Of a stretch of DNA of 28,790 nucleotides, positions 1-8,479 are shown one piece after another (the first letter of the stretch is position 1; every line of letters begins with the position of its first letter). The stretch comes from a virus (Duplodnaviria; Caudoviricetes): IMG/VR virus record IMGVR_UViG_3300020043_000553, positions 1-28,790 of that record; one strand, written 5' to 3'. A program made the position numbers and the translations under genes. The notes beneath the pieces were generated by a model, which saw nothing but the letters and a program-made list of their open reading frames with translations, had not been told where the DNA came from and made no database searches.

Positions 1-1789
1 GTGTTGGAATTATTCGCTGAGTACCTTGAATGTCAGGAAAGTTAATTGCCGCTGTGCTTCCCACAACTACACGCCCAGTTGCATCAACCACGAATGGTGT
101 TGAATCAGGATTTGCGCTGTCCTCAACCAGTATTGCATTACCCGTTCCGAGCTGAGTGACACGCAGCGCTGCATTGGTGTTGTCGGTCACCTCAACAACT
201 GCGTTGTAACTGAACTTGGTTTGGCCTGTGCTGCTGATGCGAACACGTTCAGTTGGGGCGCTCGCGCCGTCAGCCGTTGTGCTAAACGACAATCGACCGG
301 GCATATCGTTTGTGCCGGGAGTACCGTCTACTTCGGCTACGATAGACGCAGCAGCAATGAAGTTTGTGCCATCGTCACCATTAAAGCCAATGCCGCCCAA
401 TGAGTCGCCAGAAGAAACAATTGCTTGCGTTCCTACGGTGGCGCTTCTTGACCTCGACAAAGAGATTCCAGCGCCGTTTGTGATGGAAGTGCTCCAACTC
501 GTAAAGAGCGCACCTGCCGGGCTTGTGCTGTTGCCTTGATACCCCCACGCCGTCCTGTTTGATCCAGCGTAATCGTCGGCTGTAAGGATTGCAGCAGTGT
601 AGCCTTGAATGACCCGACCACTTGCGTCAATCACAAACGGGGTTGAATCGGGATTTGTGCTGTCTTCAACCAACAGCGCATTGCCTGTGCCTGTTTGTGT
701 GATTCGCAGAGCGGAGTTGGTGTTGTCTGTTACAGAGATTATTGCGTTGTAGCTGAAAGTGGTTTGACCAGTGCTACTAATACGAACACGCTCAGTTGGA
801 GTGCTTGCACCATCCGCAGTGGTGCTGAAAACTAACCGACCGGGCATATCGCTTGTGCCCGGAGTCCCATCTACAACGGCATCAATACTAGCCGCACGCA
901 CAAAAGCGCTTCCATCATCAAAGAAAAATCGGATGCTACTTGATGCGCTTGAAGAAACAAGTGCAGATGTGCCAACCGTACCGGACTGCGACCTTGCAAT
1001 ATTAACCGCATTAGGTTGCGTAGAACTCCAGCCAGCAAACAAGGGTCCAGCCCCAGAAATAGCGGCTGAACTTTGCACTTGAAAAACTTGCCCAGTTAAA
1101 CCGTTTGGCGCTGATACAGTAGACCCAACAATAGTATTTCCACCTGAATCAATTACAAACGGTGTTGAATCAGGGTTGGTGCTATCTTCAACCAACAAGG
1201 CATTACCTGTACCAAGCTGAGTAATGCGAAGAGCAGCGTTAACGTTGTCAGTTCCGGTAATCACCGTGCCAGCATTAAAGGTCACTGCTGTGTTTTGCAA
1301 CGCAACTTGAAACCAAGACATGGCAGTTGTGCCCAGCGTGTCAGTTGACTTGAATGTGGTCGCAAACTGCTCACCACCATTCGTCGATCCAGAGACAACA
1401 GAGATGATTCGGCTGGCAATCTCAGTAGAGCTGTTGGCATCAATTGAACGAGTCCACGCTCCCACTGCGGCAACATACACGCCGTTGTTTTGACTCAAGG
1501 TTTGGTCTTTGACCAGCACGCGCTGACCAGCAGTTACCGTAATGCCATCAATTGTCAGCAGGCCCGACAGGGATGCCAAGTTGGTTGTGGTGGCAACAGT
1601 TACCGCAGAAACCGAAATGGAGCTGCCAGAAGAAAGAATCTGAACAGCGCCCCCACTGTCCTTGTAGTACAAGATGCCGTCGCTGGTGTTGATCGCCAAC
1701 TCACCGTTTGCAAGATCGCCAGCCAACGGAACACTGCCGGGGGTTGTACTGTAGTAAATCTGAATGGGGGTAAAGCCTGACTGTGCCAT
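1..1789 (-). CDS. Tail fibre / receptor-binding protein, partial (runs off left edge, >=596 aa, absent from ORF track)
   Basis: Manually translated open frame from ATG at 1789 (AAGGA RBS upstream): MAQSGFTPIQIYYSTTPGSVPLAGDLANGELAINTSDGILYYK..., then LTIDGITVTAGQRVLVKDQT...NGVY...WTR, both typical tail-fibre segments. Ser/Thr/Gly-rich, with ~174-181 aa tandem repeats and no stop before position 1. Confidence 0.85.
   Translation of the reverse strand, partial: MAQSGFTPIQIYYSTTPGSVPLAGDLANGELAINTSDGILYYKDSGGAVQILSSGSSISVSAVTVATTTNLASLSGLLTIDGITVTAGQRVLVKDQTLSQNNGVYVAAVGAWTRSIDANSSTEIASRIISVVSGSTNGGEQFATTFKSTDTLGTTAMSWFQVALQNTAVTFNAGTVITGTDNVNAALRITQLGTGNALLVEDSTNPDSTPFVIDSGGNTIVGSTVSAPNGLTGQVFQVQSSAAISGAGPLFAGWSSTQPNAVNIARSQSGTVGTSALVSSSASSSIRFFFDDGSAFVRAASIDAVVDGTPGTSDMPGRLVFSTTADGASTPTERVRISSTGQTTFSYNAIISVTDNTNSALRITQTGTGNALLVEDSTNPDSTPFVIDASGRVIQGYTAAILTADDYAGSNRTAWGYQGNSTSPAGALFTSWSTSITNGAGISLSRSRSATVGTQAIVSSGDSLGGIGFNGDDGTNFIAAASIVAEVDGTPGTNDMPGRLSFSTTADGASAPTERVRISSTGQTKFSYNAVVEVTDNTNAALRVTQLGTGNAILVEDSANPDSTPFVVDATGRVVVGSTAAINFPDIQGTQRIIPT
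84..1249 (-). repeat. Tandem intragenic repeats in tail fibre (2 full units plus start of a third)
   Basis: Motif DN[VT]N[AS]ALR[IV]TQ[LT]GTGNA[LI]LVEDS[TA]NPDSTPFV[IV]D starts at 1249, 727 and 184 (periods 522 and 543 nt). Motif VDGTPGT[SN]DMPGRLxFSTTADGASxPTERVRISSTGQTxFSYNA occurs twice. Confidence 0.9.
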
Positions 1790-1804
1790 TTTCTGTCCTT
1801 AAAT

Positions 1805-2080
1805 TTATGGGGTAATGACCTTGCCACCATACGCTGGAGACTGGTCCTCAACACCGTCCAACGCCAGATCTGGCCTCGGAAATCTTATGGTGATTTTCTC
1901 CGTTTTTCGAGCAGGAAGTCGGTAAGGATCAAAATCATCTGCGCAGCCTTGCCCACAGACAAGGAGGCCGGGAAAGTTGGGGTCGTTGCGAGACTCGGCG
2001 TGTGGGCGCTTCATTTTGCACCTGTCACACACAAAGATCGCTATGTCTGACATCCCCGTGGTGTCAAGGAACTTTGGCAT
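1805..2080 (-). CDS. Small Cys-rich (putative Zn-binding) virion-module protein, 91 aa
   Basis: Likely start MPKFLD at 2080 with GAGGTG RBS, just after the upstream stop. Contains CDRC...C...C. Confidence 0.7.
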   Translation of the reverse strand: MPKFLDTTGMSDIAIFVCDRCKMKRPHAESRNDPNFPGLLVCGQGCADDFDPYRLPARKTEKITIRFPRPDLALDGVEDQSPAYGGKVITP

Positions 2081-2084
2081 GATG

Positions 2085-3155
2085 TCACCTCGTATAAACG
2101 CTGATGTTCGGGGCGTAGTAGATAGGCGACTTATCTCGCTCTTCTTGCTCGGCAAGGTTGAAGGCTTTTTCGGCCTGAGCTTCCAAGTACAAGATCCGCT
2201 GCATGTCCACGCCGGGTAGCTCTAAGGCCATTTGGTGCGCCAGCATCGCTTGGATGGCATATTGCCACCGCTGAGGAATCTCAAGCTCATTTGTGAGCGC
2301 ACCAACATCCATAATCTGACGGGAGTACCAGACAGTCATCTGCACAAAAGGGTCCGACGGGACAGGCCACAGGTAAATGGATGCCTGCGGGATGGTTCGG
2401 TCAAACCAATACTGAAACGGCTGGTTTGCCGTGAAATTCTTGTTCGGCAGGTTGGTGTAGTCGTCCCGGTTCAACCGAGCCATGGTGATTTCCGTGGCGT
2501 TGTTGCCAAAATACAGCTCTCGCACACTCAAAGTGTTGCCGCCAGTCTCGCGCATACGGTAATACTGGGTGTTTGCGCCTGTCTCGATGTCGTACCAGAG
2601 CCATTCGCCGTCCACCCAAGCGGTCACGCCGGGGGCGTAGAGCGATGTCCACGTCACACCATCATCAGACACCTCAAAGACCACGTTAAACGAGCCTGTG
2701 ACCCCCGGCATGATGCCAATTGAGCCAACATAGACCGTGTTGTCAGTGCCGTAATCGACCGCAATGTTGCCGTTTGGGGCGCTCTGGGTGCATTTGGTAT
2801 CAATGTCGCTGTCAAAGGCGTTTGCAGCCACCCCCGAGGATGCTGTGTAGCCCCCGGTAGAGTTGGGCGTAGGGCGGTTCATGCGGCGATACAGGGCCTG
2901 CAAGACGTCGTTGCCACCCACGGGCAGGTCATAGACCGCTTTGTCAGGCTGAACGCCGTAAATCTTCTTGCTGATGCACCAATACTGAATCCCCATGTTG
3001 ATGAGGTTGGACAGCAGGTAATAAAGCGACTCTCGCGCCGAGATCTGCTGCTCAGAAGTCAGCTCCTCGGCAAGCTTCCCAGCCCGACGAGCGCCGTGAT
3101 CAATGTATGTTTGGACATTGATGACCGTTGTTCCGACTGTTCCTGAGTACGCCAT
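2085..3155 (-). CDS. Putative head-tail adaptor / tail tubular protein with an inserted beta-sandwich domain
   Basis: 356 aa located between head and tail genes. N- and C-terminal parts (ARESLYYLL...W, IYLWPVP, EIPQRW...LA) resemble podovirus adaptor proteins. Central ANAFDSD...IAVDYG...EVSDDGVTWT...YYRMR is discoidin/F5-8-like. Confidence 0.55.
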   Translation of the reverse strand: MAYSGTVGTTVINVQTYIDHGARRAGKLAEELTSEQQISARESLYYLLSNLINMGIQYWCISKKIYGVQPDKAVYDLPVGGNDVLQALYRRMNRPTPNSTGGYTASSGVAANAFDSDIDTKCTQSAPNGNIAVDYGTDNTVYVGSIGIMPGVTGSFNVVFEVSDDGVTWTSLYAPGVTAWVDGEWLWYDIETGANTQYYRMRETGGNTLSVRELYFGNNATEITMARLNRDDYTNLPNKNFTANQPFQYWFDRTIPQASIYLWPVPSDPFVQMTVWYSRQIMDVGALTNELEIPQRWQYAIQAMLAHQMALELPGVDMQRILYLEAQAEKAFNLAEQEERDKSPIYYAPNISVYTR

Positions 3156-3167
3156 TGTTTTTCCTTG

Positions 3168-3683
3168 TCAGCATTTCCACCGTTGCAGGGATGCCTTTGC
3201 TCTTGGCGCATCCCCCTTGGCATGATCAACCACGCCCTGCATTCTTGCGCAGAAAGAGTCCTTGCGACTGCCGCCTTGGGGCTGGGGGGCCTTCAGGTTT
3301 GATCCAGTCTCCCGGTTGTACTTCTCACGGCCCTTTTCGGTCAAGCCAGCACCACGAGAGACCGGGAGTTTTTCACCGCGACCGACAGCAAGGCTTGGAC
3401 CGCCTTCCTTCTTGCTTACTGTTTTGGCTGACTCTCGGAAGGCTTTAGCCGTTGGCGCACCTTCGCTGCCAACTCGCCGCATTTTTTCCCCAGAGCCTTC
3501 AGCGATTCGCTCACGCTTTGCATGAATGTTTTCATAAAGACCACCTCCTTTGAATTTTTTACCCTCGTCAGCCTTGGCAAACTCTTTGCCGACTTTTTGA
3601 GAAATGCCAACCTTTTTGGAGAACGCAGGGTTATGTGCGACCGCCTGCATCAAACGATGCTGGGAAGGTGATTTGCTTGGCAT
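3168..3683 (-). CDS. Basic 171-aa phage protein built from three small modules joined by GG linkers
   Basis: ORF track. Lys/Arg-rich. The C-terminal module GLTEKGREKYNRETGSNLKAPQ...RKDSFCARM...WKC resembles DUF6321-type phage proteins (from memory). Confidence 0.75.
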   Translation of the reverse strand: MPSKSPSQHRLMQAVAHNPAFSKKVGISQKVGKEFAKADEGKKFKGGGLYENIHAKRERIAEGSGEKMRRVGSEGAPTAKAFRESAKTVSKKEGGPSLAVGRGEKLPVSRGAGLTEKGREKYNRETGSNLKAPQPQGGSRKDSFCARMQGVVDHAKGDAPRAKASLQRWKC

Positions 3684-4462
3684 TACGGACCCTCTTTGAT
3701 CAGAACCAAAATGAACATGGACGAACAGGCATTGTTGTTGGAGCTTCCAATTGCCGTTGCCTCAAGCGTGGTTTTTTCTGGGACAGCCAGAGGATACTCA
3801 AATGTGTAGTCGGCAACACCGTTGTTGATGCTGGTGACTGCGGCGGTGCGCCGGATGTTGTCTGTGCCTCTGGTCAGCAATCTGCCCTGAACCTGATTGG
3901 AGCCGCCTGCCTGACCAGCAGAGAACAATCCCTGAGAAACATAAGCTTTGTAGCCAGCAGGAACAGTGAAGCTGCCTGTGATTGTCGTGTTGTAGTCGAA
4001 CTTGATGACATCGTATGTGGTTGCAGGAAAACCCGCAGTCACTGTTCCTGTGCCGATGTAAATGTCACCAGCCGCGCCATTTCCAGAACCCGCTGTCAAC
4101 ACATAAGCGTAGTTCACGCGAAGCAGTGATGCGGTCATTGTCACGGGCGTTTGACCGTTCAGGGTCACGGTTTCACTGACCTCGTTGTAGTTGGCATCTA
4201 AGCCCTCCACAACAACCGTCCGAGCACCAGTTCCTGCGCTTGTATCGTCTGCGCTTGTGGAGCTGACAGTCATCTGAAGCGCAGCCGCTGGAAACGCGAT
4301 CAGGCTCGGCAAAGGCCAGACGGAAACCTGACTTGTGTCCACATCAGGATTGAAGCCAAAGACCGTCACATTTCGGTGACCTTGAATCTGGTTGCGAGAA
4401 ACCTGAAGCTCAAAAGGCTCAAAGGCTCCTTGGCGCGTGATGGAGGACAAAGTGGTTGCCAT
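3683..4462 (-). CDS. Putative virion structural protein, 259 aa
   Basis: Thr/Ser/Gly-rich beta-type sequence (VSSTSADDTSAGTGARTVVVEGLDANY) inside the structural operon. Its stop overlaps the next start. Confidence 0.7.
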   Translation of the reverse strand: MATTLSSITRQGAFEPFELQVSRNQIQGHRNVTVFGFNPDVDTSQVSVWPLPSLIAFPAAALQMTVSSTSADDTSAGTGARTVVVEGLDANYNEVSETVTLNGQTPVTMTASLLRVNYAYVLTAGSGNGAAGDIYIGTGTVTAGFPATTYDVIKFDYNTTITGSFTVPAGYKAYVSQGLFSAGQAGGSNQVQGRLLTRGTDNIRRTAAVTSINNGVADYTFEYPLAVPEKTTLEATAIGSSNNNACSSMFILVLIKEGP

Positions 4463-4465
4463 GGC

Positions 4466-4750
4466 TTAACCGTAGAAAATTGTCACTGCCGCACTTGTCG
4501 GCAGCGTCACATGAATATTGGTGTTAAACCGGATGCCGTTGCCGGGAATGATGTTGGCAAACGGGTTGTTTGTGTTGGCCGGAATGTTGAACTTCAAAAG
4601 AACAGTTCCACCTGATCCACCATCACGAAATACGATTTCACCAGCAGTGCCGCCAGACAAAGCCTGATAACCAGCAAGGTTCGTTGCGCCTGCATAAATT
4701 GTCCCTGTCGCATCAGCGTGCGCAGAGAACACATTCGTCAATGTTGACAT
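4466..4750 (-). CDS. Small putative virion protein, 94 aa
   Basis: ORF with GGAG RBS, beta-rich composition, structural-operon context. Confidence 0.7.
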   Translation of the reverse strand: MSTLTNVFSAHADATGTIYAGATNLAGYQALSGGTAGEIVFRDGGSGGTVLLKFNIPANTNNPFANIIPGNGIRFNTNIHVTLPTSAAVTIFYG

Positions 4751-4771
4751 CTAAATCTCCAGATAAAAGCA

Positions 4772-4785
4772 GGGGCCGAAGCCCC
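4772..4785 (-). terminator. GGGGC-TTCG-GCCCC hairpin (weak terminator or mRNA stabiliser)
   Basis: 5-bp GC stem with C(UUCG)G tetraloop just after the 358-aa gene, followed on the minus strand by TGCTTTTAT. Confidence 0.55.
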
Positions 4786-4794
4786 CACCTTGTT

Positions 4795-5871
4795 TTAGCA
4801 GACTGCACCGCCACGCTTTTTGCCGGGAGTCACCGTCACCGATTTCTCAGTTTTAGTGATGGACTTTGGTTCTTTGTCAGAACTTTGACCCATCCCGATC
4901 ATGCGCTTTGCGCCTTCAAGAAGCCGCCTTGGAGCGCCAAGAATCATTTCCCGCATTTCTTCGTTCTCAGCACGCTCTGCATTCTTTTCAGCTTGCATAC
5001 GTGCGTTTTCACGAGAAATAACTGGGTCGTAATCACTTGAACCGCCGCCAGACATCTTCCGAACTGTGCCGCCTTTTTTGAATGCGCCAGAAAGTTTGGA
5101 AATACTCACAGGTTTTGATGGGGGTTTATTCCCCTGTGGCATTTTTCGAGGGCCTCCGTCGTTTTGGACAGAGCCGCCCTCAGCAAACTTTTTTGCAGCA
5201 CCGCCCTTCTTGAAACCGCCAGCATTGCCTTTGGTAACACCGCCAGTAGTCGTGCCAGTCACGCCGGGTTTGGCGGTAACAACGTCAGAGGTTTTTACGC
5301 CGCCGCCCATTGCGTACTTGCCAATCTTGCCGCCTTTTTTGAAGCCGCCAGCATTGCCAAGCTTTACGCCACCAGTCACGTCAGAAGAGGTGTCAGGACG
5401 AGCCGAAGTCACGGTCGAGGTCTGAACGCCGCCACCGAAGGCGTAGTTCTGGACCTTGCCGCCCTTTTTGAAGCCACCAGCATTGCCCATCACCACGCCG
5501 CCTGTAGCCAAGCCTTTGTGGGCTTTGCTGGCGGGTTTTGACGCATGAGACTTGATCTCGGACTTAACGCCCTTAATCGCATTCATTTCGGCTTTGTGTT
5601 CAGCTTTAGACTCGCCGCCTTCTTTCATGATGGCAGGCTTGCCCATCATGGCTTTCTTGCGTTTCGCCATAGATGGTTTCTTGGGGGCAGAAGCCATATC
5701 CATGCCGCCACGAGGAGCGCCCAAAGATCCGGGCATAGTGGAATAAACTGGGATTTGATCCCCAGTCATGCCGCCGCCCATGGCCTTCTTAACAGCGCCA
5801 CCTGTTTTCAGCTTGAGTTCAACTGAAGGCTCAGTGGTCTCCATCTTCACCATTGGTTTGAATTGACCCAT
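4795..5871 (-). CDS. Lys/Gly-rich low-complexity protein with 13 xxGG motifs (candidate internal head protein), 358 aa
   Basis: ORF track with AAGGAGG RBS. GNAGGFKKGG occurs three times at a 129-nt period (5470, 5341, 5212). Confidence 0.8.
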   Translation of the reverse strand: MGQFKPMVKMETTEPSVELKLKTGGAVKKAMGGGMTGDQIPVYSTMPGSLGAPRGGMDMASAPKKPSMAKRKKAMMGKPAIMKEGGESKAEHKAEMNAIKGVKSEIKSHASKPASKAHKGLATGGVVMGNAGGFKKGGKVQNYAFGGGVQTSTVTSARPDTSSDVTGGVKLGNAGGFKKGGKIGKYAMGGGVKTSDVVTAKPGVTGTTTGGVTKGNAGGFKKGGAAKKFAEGGSVQNDGGPRKMPQGNKPPSKPVSISKLSGAFKKGGTVRKMSGGGSSDYDPVISRENARMQAEKNAERAENEEMREMILGAPRRLLEGAKRMIGMGQSSDKEPKSITKTEKSVTVTPGKKRGGAVC

Positions 5872-5882
5872 GATGTGCCTCC

Positions 5883-6332
5883 TTAGACTTTCTGAGCATA
5901 CACAACGGTCAAGCGAATAACCGCCTGAGTTGTGCTGATCGTGCCGTTGGGATCTGCCGTGATAACCACAGATTGACTGGTTCCGACGTTGGACATGGCT
6001 GTCAACTGTGCTGCCGTAAAGGACAACGCAGCGCGACCGCCTGCAAATACGTCAGTGGCCGACAGATACTGGGTTCCAGCAGCAGCCGTTCCAATCGTGA
6101 CTGGGATTGTCGTAGCGGTTCCACCGCCCACAACTTCGTTCGTAACCACATCAACAAAAAAGTCAATGATTTGAGAAGAGGCTGGGATGGTGATGGTTGC
6201 GCTTGTCGCAGTTCCTGCGGCAGCGGTGGTCACGGTGGTGGTCTGGCTCACAACGACGAAGCCGCCGTCAGTGGTGTCAGTCAACGTGCCCGAACCTGTG
6301 CGCAGGGTAGAACCAATGTAGGTTTGTGCCAT
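5883..6332 (-). CDS. Putative capsid decoration / minor structural protein, 149 aa
   Basis: Thr/Ala-rich beta protein directly after the major capsid gene, AGGAG RBS. Confidence 0.65.
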   Translation of the reverse strand: MAQTYIGSTLRTGSGTLTDTTDGGFVVVSQTTTVTTAAAGTATSATITIPASSQIIDFFVDVVTNEVVGGGTATTIPVTIGTAAAGTQYLSATDVFAGGRAALSFTAAQLTAMSNVGTSQSVVITADPNGTISTTQAVIRLTVVYAQKV

Positions 6333-6350
6333 TGTTTTTTCTCCTATAGA

Positions 6351-6374
6351 GAATGAGGGCCGAAGCCCCCATTC
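6351..6374 (-). terminator. Hairpin after major capsid gene
   Basis: Minus strand GAATGGGGGC-TTCG-GCCCTCATTC, a 10-bp stem (one G-U) with a UUCG loop and a weak U-tract. Confidence 0.55.
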
Positions 6375-6380
6375 GGATGA

Positions 6381-7295
6381 TTAAACGCCGGGTGTACCGT
6401 ACATTGCACGGGGATCAGTGAAGCCAACGTCGTAACGCTCTGTCGCCTTGTAGCGCATAGAGTCAGTCTCGAAGTCGCCTTCCATGGTCTTCTCCAGCTT
6501 GCGGCGCATCATGAGCTTCATGCCTTCAGGAGCGTCGGTCTGCACCCACCATGCGGTAGGAGAAGTCAGACGGCTGATGATTGCAGCGCCCTCGTCCAGC
6601 AAACCAATCGACTTGATTGGGTTGATGTCGTTGTTGGCGTTGCCTGCACGCAGCACAGACTTCAGCAGAACTTCGGCTTGCAATTCGTTGCCGGGGGCCA
6701 CCACCAATTGGCGGGGAACCAGACGAATCTTTTTGCCGTTGTTGTCCACAGCTTGGCGAATTTGAATCAGCATCTGCTCAAGCGATGTCTGAGACAAGTT
6801 GGCGGCAGTGGTCAGCAAGTTGCTGAAAGTACCGTTCACGATGGGGTGAGAAGCGGAGTTCAGTTGAACGCCGTCACCACCGGGGTAGGAGCTGTTGAAA
6901 GCACGGTTCAACACGTTAGCCGACAGAGTTTCTTTGGTTTCAATCAAAGACTGTGCCAAGTGACGTGCATAAACCTGACCGATACGGATGTGGTCGCCGT
7001 CTTCCACCAACACTTTGGTCAACGCAAAGGCCAAGCCATACACGTTGTACACGTAGCGTTTCAGGAACAGGACACCACCTTGTTGGTACGTCACAGGAGA
7101 GCCGTCAGGCAACTGTGGAGCCGCACCGAAACCGTACAGGACGGGTTCTTCGTGGTAGTTACGGGGGATGCCTGTTTCCTCGCGGAAAACTCGTGACCAT
7201 TCGTCTTGGCGAAGGTCGTAGACACCATCAAAGCATTCGTTCAGAATGGGTTCGACAATACTGCGAAAGTCGGTACTGCGCATTGGAGCGGCCAT
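6381..7295 (-). CDS. Major capsid protein (HK97 fold, Mu gpT-like family)
   Basis: 304 aa with motifs GDGVQLNSASHP, LSQTSLEQMLIQI, PRQLVVAP and EGDFETDSMRYKATERY...DPR. Strong AGGAGG RBS, lies downstream of the scaffold gene. Confidence 0.88.
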   Translation of the reverse strand: MAAPMRSTDFRSIVEPILNECFDGVYDLRQDEWSRVFREETGIPRNYHEEPVLYGFGAAPQLPDGSPVTYQQGGVLFLKRYVYNVYGLAFALTKVLVEDGDHIRIGQVYARHLAQSLIETKETLSANVLNRAFNSSYPGGDGVQLNSASHPIVNGTFSNLLTTAANLSQTSLEQMLIQIRQAVDNNGKKIRLVPRQLVVAPGNELQAEVLLKSVLRAGNANNDINPIKSIGLLDEGAAIISRLTSPTAWWVQTDAPEGMKLMMRRKLEKTMEGDFETDSMRYKATERYDVGFTDPRAMYGTPGV

Positions 7296-7309
7296 GGTTC
7301 ACTCCCTCC

Positions 7310-7909
7310 TTAATAAGCAACAATTGTTGCGACGTTCTGATGATTGGAAATCGTCACGCGCACAATTACATAAGAATCTCCCCAAGCATTGTCGGGGTAC
7401 GGAGCAATGTCTACGACACGCATCTGGGCCACAGCAGTGGTGGTTCCAGTTGACACGCCAAGAGTTGCTTGAGACAGACCAGTGGTGGTCGAGCCAGCCG
7501 TTGCGTTGCTAAAGTCATACTGAGCATTCAGCGCAGTTTGAGCAATAGTTGCATCGGACTGAATTTCATAAACGATGTTTGGATCGTTATAGAAATAGGC
7601 CACAACAGAGCCAGTCTGGAAGCTTTCGCTTGCAGGCCAGTAGTTAGAGACGCGACGACGACCAGTAGAGTCAGTCCACTCAACACCAGCAAAAGCACCG
7701 ACAAAAGCATCGCCTGCGGCGGCTACGTTGAGCCAGCCAGAAGCGTTGTATTTGACAGGTTGACCTTTGAGAATGGTGGTTCCGTAACCAACGTTATTGA
7801 TGCCGCTCGTAGAGACAGCTTGAATGCCATTGGCAAGCGCCTGAGCACGATCCAAACCAGAAGGATGGAATGCGGGACGCAAGCCGAATGGAGCGTTTGT
7901 AGAAGACAT
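7310..7909 (-). CDS. Putative capsid cement/decoration protein, 199 aa
   Basis: N-terminal NAPFGLRP and GAFAGVEWTD...DPNIVYEIQ motifs of the conserved gene that precedes the MCP in this phage type. GGAG RBS. Confidence 0.65.
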   Translation of the reverse strand: MSSTNAPFGLRPAFHPSGLDRAQALANGIQAVSTSGINNVGYGTTILKGQPVKYNASGWLNVAAAGDAFVGAFAGVEWTDSTGRRRVSNYWPASESFQTGSVVAYFYNDPNIVYEIQSDATIAQTALNAQYDFSNATAGSTTTGLSQATLGVSTGTTTAVAQMRVVDIAPYPDNAWGDSYVIVRVTISNHQNVATIVAY

Positions 7910-7933
7910 AGTCTTACTCCTATTTCGGTGTCC

Positions 7934-8476
7934 TTAGCCTTGGAAAATTGGCATAGGGACAGATTGGTCAAAATTGCCAAAACCTTCGCCTTCAACCTGA
8001 CCTAATGACTTGCCGGAGCTATCGCGTCTACCCTGAAGTTGCTCCACTTGAACTCGAACCTTGTCGGCCTCATTCATTGGCTCTTCATGGTGCATGTGCA
8101 ACATAATGTCTTGGTAAACATCCATTGGAAGTTTGCACAAGATCATTTCATTACATGCGATAAATCCAGCATACTCACCTGCTTTTACACGGTAATTTTC
8201 GTAACCGGGATGCTCGTCCGTTTTCACAGGCACATACCCTTGACGAAACCGCTTTTCAATGGTGTCGTATGTATTAGTTGTTGATAACCAGCAAAGATGC
8301 CACCCCGGTACTTCGGGTGCTCTTGGCAGTGCGCTTTGGTTCCATTCATCGGTAAACATCTTGCGACGCTCGTTAGACGAAATGAATTTTTCCTGCGGCG
8401 GTTCACGGCCTGCATCCTGTGAAGAACGGGCTTCTCTACCACCAGCAGAAAGAGATTTTTTGAGACGTGATTCCAT
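7934..8476 (-). CDS. Conserved head-module protein, 180 aa
   Basis: ORF between scaffold and capsid genes, with PGWHLCWLS...GYVPV...EMILCKLP. Confidence 0.7.
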   Translation of the reverse strand: MESRLKKSLSAGGREARSSQDAGREPPQEKFISSNERRKMFTDEWNQSALPRAPEVPGWHLCWLSTTNTYDTIEKRFRQGYVPVKTDEHPGYENYRVKAGEYAGFIACNEMILCKLPMDVYQDIMLHMHHEEPMNEADKVRVQVEQLQGRRDSSGKSLGQVEGEGFGNFDQSVPMPIFQG

Positions 8477-8479
8477 GGC

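Noticed and set aside
216-1082. Similar plus-strand ORFs 216-539 and 771-1082
   Set aside because: Antisense shadows of the tail-fibre repeats. The minus frame is open throughout and has a proper RBS.
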